A stretch of DNA of 46,102 nucleotides from Macrostomum lignano (taxonomy: Eukaryota), in contig NIVC01002474.1 in the NCBI GenBank assembly GCA_002269645.1, forward strand, positions 1-46,102, written 5' to 3'. Numbering within the stretch: position 1 is the stretch's first letter; every line of letters starts with the position of its first letter. Positions 41,829 through 46,102 of the stretch are shown in pieces. Made by a program: the position numbers and the translations under genes. The notes beneath the pieces are model-generated. The model searched no databases, was not told the origin of the DNA, and was given only the letters and a program-made list of their open reading frames with translations.

Positions 41829-42532
41829 ATTATAGTATATGCCCCCTATTGGAATAAATGTTGAAAACTTGTGGACACACGCTTTAGAAAAAGAGTCAAA
41901 TTATTTTACCGCACTTTATGATTATTAGAAATCATTTTCTGTCGAAATCAAAATTTGCCAACTTTTGAAATCGTAATTAAAATTTTCCAAAATCAAAATT
42001 CAGAAAAACAAAGTTTACTATGACCAAAACTCACTTTTTACTATTGATTTACTGCTCATGCAAAACAAAATACATGGATATATAGCGCAAATTAGTTTAT
42101 TTTTAGCCACTTTTTATACGCTTCCAAAATTTTCACTTCTAAATTGTTTTGAAATCGAAATTCTACATTTTGGAAAATCAAAATCAAAATTTTTGAACAT
42201 GTCTAAGCATTATACAAGAAATACGAGTGTATAAGCCCCTTCCACAAAGGTATTAGACCCTCTTCATGTATATTTATTTTCTAGAGCAGCAGCCAGTAGG
42301 AAAAGGGCAGCTTTAATAAAGGGCAATTTAGAAAAAATTTGAAAGTGCGCCAGACACTGTCCGCGGTTTTACAACTTTTTCCTATAGGGTATATGCCTCT
42401 TTAACTGATAGGCATCTCACCTTGAAGGTTTTATTTCATATACAATTATTATTCATCACTATACCTAAAAAATCAAAAAATAATTATAGCATGGCTTAAT
42501 TTATTGGCTTTATAAATCTTTTCTACCATCTA

Positions 42533-43840
42533 CGAGGGCTGAGCAATAAGTTTCCGGATGTTGCCCAGACAGAAATAGTTAGAGAGAAAAAAACAGTTAC
42601 ATCTTTTCAAAGTACTCTCCAGCAGATTCGATGCAAATTTTCATGCGCTCAAACCACTTGCTGAAGCAGCTGGACCAATCTGAAGCAGGCACCTCCACCG
42701 CATGCCGGATGAAGGCCTCCACTGCAGCTTCTGGTGATCCATAGCGGATTCCACGCATCCTGCGCTTGATTTGTGGAAACACAAAAAAGTCGCAGGGGGC
42801 CAGGTCGGGGCTGTAGGGTGGATGACCGAGCTTTTGAATGCGCTCTCCGGCCAGAAACTCCGCCATCTGTCATGCCTTGTGGGCCGGGGCGTTGTTGTGA
42901 TGGAGAAGGATGCCCCGAGCTCGAGTCCTTGGGCGACGCCTGGAGAGAGCGCTCAGCACTTCTGGCAGGCAAACATTGGCATACCAGTCACCGGTGACTG
43001 TGCCCTGCTGCACGAGTGGAACCGTGGCCAGATGACCGGTTTTCGCCACAAAAACGGCCACCATCTGCTTCGCCACGCTGCGCTCTCGCCGAAGCTTGGA
43101 TGGTGGGGTGCCGCCAACTGGAGTCCACTGGGCCGACTGCTGCTTAGTCTCCGGGTCGAAACTATAGATACAGGACTCGTCACCACTGACAATATCCCAG
43201 ACCGAGTTTGAGCTGCCTCCGTTGAATCTGTCGAGCATGGTGCGGCACCAGGTCACCCGAGCCTCCTTCTGCTCCGGAGTCAGCTGATGAGGCATCCAGC
43301 GTGCAGAAATCTTGCTCCGGTTGAGCTGCGAATGCAGGATCGTCCTGATGGATCCTGATGAGATGCCCATCTCTGCCTCTATCTGGGCCACAGTCACTCG
43401 GGCATCATCCTCAACCATGGCCCGGACAGCAGCAACATTATCCTCGGTCGTCGCGGAGACCGGCCGGCCACTGCGCTCCTCATCATCCAGACTCTGCCTG
43501 CCGCGTCGAAATTCGGCAAACCAGTCAAAAACGGTGGATCTAGATAGTGCTTCATCCCCAAAAGCTCCTTGCAATCGCTCAACTTTCTTGCTGCCGCAAA
43601 CCACTTTTATAATCGTAATAAATCATTGCTCTAAAATGACTCCTATTGAGCTCCATTGTGAATTTGATAGATAGGGTGGGTATGCTAGCTTGGTTTGGGT
43701 GCTGCACTGGCTATATATGACCAGTGTGTCTGAAACTTTACAAACATTGTACTTATATAATGTACTTGACACCTATGGTGTCAGATTTTGTCAGCCGCCT
43801 CTCAACTATGCACATCCAGAAACTTATTGCTCAGCCCTCA
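42533..43840 (-). mobile_element. Full-length (1308 bp) defective mariner (DD34D) transposon
   Basis: 29-bp TIRs: CGAGGGCTGAGCAATAAGTTTCCGGATGT at 42533-42561 and its inverse at 43812-43840 (2 mismatches). TA target duplications at 42531-32 and 43841-42. Confidence 0.93.
42597..43656 (-). pseudogene. Mariner transposase pseudogene
   Basis: ATG at 43656 (MELNRSHFRAMIYYDYKSGL); HTH motif RSGRP; WMPHQL; GDES; HHNNAPAH (catalytic D changed to N); YSPDLAPCD with 34-residue spacing. Frameshift near 43577 and an in-frame TGA at 42870-42872. Confidence 0.92.
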
Positions 43841-44451
43841 TATTGCACATATTGTTACAGTCAGCTAAGAATCATAAAATAGATTCATAAAACCAATAAC
43901 ATAAGCTATGCTATTTTTATATAGTATTTTTAAGTATAGGACACATTTAGATTAACCTAGAATGCTGACTTTCTATACAAAAGGCTTTATGAATATCCAT
44001 AATTATAAGAAAGCTAAAACATATTAAAAGATAAACATTAGGTCTAGCTCCTATTGAAAGCAATTATTTCTGTGCAAAAAAAGCTCTTTTTTTCAAGGTA
44101 ATGAAGAAGCATTAAAAGTGGCTAAAAAGTGTATAAAAGAGCGGCTAAAAATAAACTAATTTATGCTACATATGCATATATTTTGTCTTGCATAAGTAGT
44201 AAATCAAGAATAAAAAAATGAGTTTTGGTCATACTAAACTTTTTTTTAATTTTGATTTTGGAAAATTTTAATTATGATTTTGGAAAGTAAACAAATTTTG
44301 ATTTTGACAGAAAATGATTTCTAAGAATCCTAAAATGTGGTAAAATAATTGGACTTTTTATAAAGCATGTGACTACAAGTCTTTAATATTTATTCCAATA
44401 GGGTTTATTCCCATAGGTATAAGGCCATATATATCAAATATATCATTATTA

Positions 44452-45306
44452 GTGTTCCGCTGTAGCCATAGTGGAGGGATCCTATGGCAAATATGGTAAA
44501 ATAGGTGCCTATGGCAGCTATGGATATGCCTACAGTAGCTAGCTGCTCTTATAGCTACGACTATGGAAATATGGTAGTTGCTATCACATTCAGCAGATTC
44601 CCATAGCCATAGTTATTAATGTTAAAAAAATTGAAAAAATATTAGAAACAGGTAGAGTAAAACAAAGATACTTTTAGTTAGTGTTCCACCGTAAGGAGGG
44701 TCAATGTACCATAGCTGTAGCCATAAGCAAAACTATGGCTTATTCCAATTTGCCGTAGGGACCCCGAAATTACCATATTCCCATAGTTCCCATAGCTATA
44801 GCCGTAGTTTTAACAAAAAGTCTAGAAAACAAAATATTTTGAATCAAGAAGATAACCTAATGCTAAACAACTGCAAATTAAGTTAGAAATAAAAGAAACA
44901 TTTGATTGCCCTTGTATTGTAAGATTATTTTTTCTTTTTTAGAGCAACAATCCCAATTGTTACTAAAAGTACTAATGCTAAACTTTTTCACATTAATTAA
45001 AATTAGAGTTTGCTTGTATTTTATTGTACTTTTTTAGATATATTTTATAAGTTTCTAGTTGATAATACAGTTTACTAAAAGTATATTTGTTTTATTCTAC
45101 CTGTTTCTAATATTTTTTCAATTTTTTAATATTAATAAATATGGCTATGGGAATCTATGGAATTGACAGCAACTACCATATTTCTGTAGTTGTAGCCATA
45201 ACAGCAGCTAGCTACCGTAGGTGTATTTGTAGCTGCCGTAGGCACCTATTTTACCATATTTGCCGTAGAATCCGTAGTAGTAGTAGCTACAGCTATGGCA
45301 GAACAC
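44452..45306. mobile_element. MITE-like element with about 230-bp inverted arms and TA flanks
   Basis: TA/GTGTTC...GAACAC/TA ends; 44452-44678 is the inverse of 45073-45306. A second TA-GTGTTCC end lies inside, at 44679. Confidence 0.72.
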
Positions 45307-46102
45307 TACTTCAGGAAAACTGAAGGACCTTTGTAGGAATTTTAGGCATTCATTTTAGAGAATTTTTTTTTTTTTTTGGTGTACACTGGCATACATTTAG
45401 CTGAGATAGGATTTTTGTTCTGGCATACATTACTATACTATCTAGACCCTGGACAAAAGGAATTATTATAATGTAATAATTCTGTTTTAGCATCAATCTT
45501 CCTAGCTAGGCATTCCAATGAGGTTTGTGAAATATGTCCCAAAACACGAAAAACGTGAAAATGTGTCCTACATAGAATGAAGAAAAAAGGTACTAAATTA
45601 CAAAATAAAGACAAACTGAAATATACAACAGAAACTAGACAAATTATACTTTCCAAAATGTGTTGAACATTCTTATAGTATGACATAAGAAAAAAGTTAT
45701 AAGTGTCGAAAGTTACAAAAAGCGTCACAAATACGAAATGAAGCCAATCGTAAAAATGAGGGTTCATACGGCCAATTGAAATATCACCTTAAAGCGTGCT
45801 AGGAATAACAAATTAAATGAAAGGAATGAATAAAGGATATAGTAAAGCACAAATTTTGCAATTAAAAATGAAAAAAAAATTTCTAAGCCCCCTCTACTGT
45901 CAGTTGAAAAATTTTCATAACATGTTTTTCTTTGTGTCGTCATGAAAGGCTGCATTTTAAACAATGACTTGCTGCAAGGCAGCTGAGCCTCTGTTCCTTT
46001 ATACATGTAAACTGCCATTAAGAAGACAATAAAGTTGATGTCTCTCTTTACAGATGCGCAGACAAGGAAATTAAACATGTTATAATATTGTAGATTTCCA
46101 TG

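Larger units (their letters stand above)
41844..44403. mobile_element. Older foldback/non-autonomous DNA element with about 275-bp inverted arms, hosting the mariner
   Basis: 41844-~42120 (CCCTATTGGAATAAA...TTAGTTTATTTTTAGCC) is the reverse complement of ~44128-44403, roughly 80% identical by eye. No clear TSD. Confidence 0.7.

Noticed and set aside
41760-42200. CHR-like TTTGAA elements near the kinesin start
   Set aside because: A 6-mer that is expected often in AT-rich, TE-derived sequence, and the TSS is unknown.
41840-44410. piggyBac assignment for the foldback element (CCC...GGG ends)
   Set aside because: TTAA target duplication is absent on the left and imperfect on the right, so the superfamily is left unassigned.
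45438-46078. Minus-strand ORFs 45438-45767 and 45764-46078
   Set aside because: AT-rich, Phe/Leu-biased, no recognisable domain and no convincing splice link to the kinesin.

Overview
Eukaryotic (metazoan) genomic DNA, not prokaryotic. The supplied ORF track is chopped up by introns and inflated by satellite and antisense ORFs, so I rebuilt gene models by hand from GT/AG sites and reading-frame phase. There are two intron-rich genes in tandem on the minus strand. (1) 14617 to beyond 97, running off the left edge: a very large secreted protein (about 2,700 aa in the 20 exons inside the window). Its order is signal peptide, vWD, C8, TIL, two ShKT domains, then about 2,300 aa of Lys/Arg-rich, Cys-patterned modules of about 45 aa. 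Two single-base frameshifts interrupt it, both in the same sequence context (A-TGG-TAA). (2) 41828 to 19507: a kinesin-6 (KIF20/MKLP2-like) of about 2,030 aa in 31 coding exons. Its stalk is built from phase-0 exon modules: five 117-nt (39-aa) exons and a 7-copy tandem array of an 87+135-nt exon pair embedded in a 19-21 bp satellite. Many introns carry their own tandem-repeat family. Also present: two tRNA-derived SINE families, three foldback/MITE-like elements, and a full-length but dead mariner whose lesions are mostly CpG transitions. The organism is not determinable from the sequence alone. The genome style and the polycationic vWD-C8-TIL protein suggest a free-living flatworm such as Macrostomum, which is an inference only.
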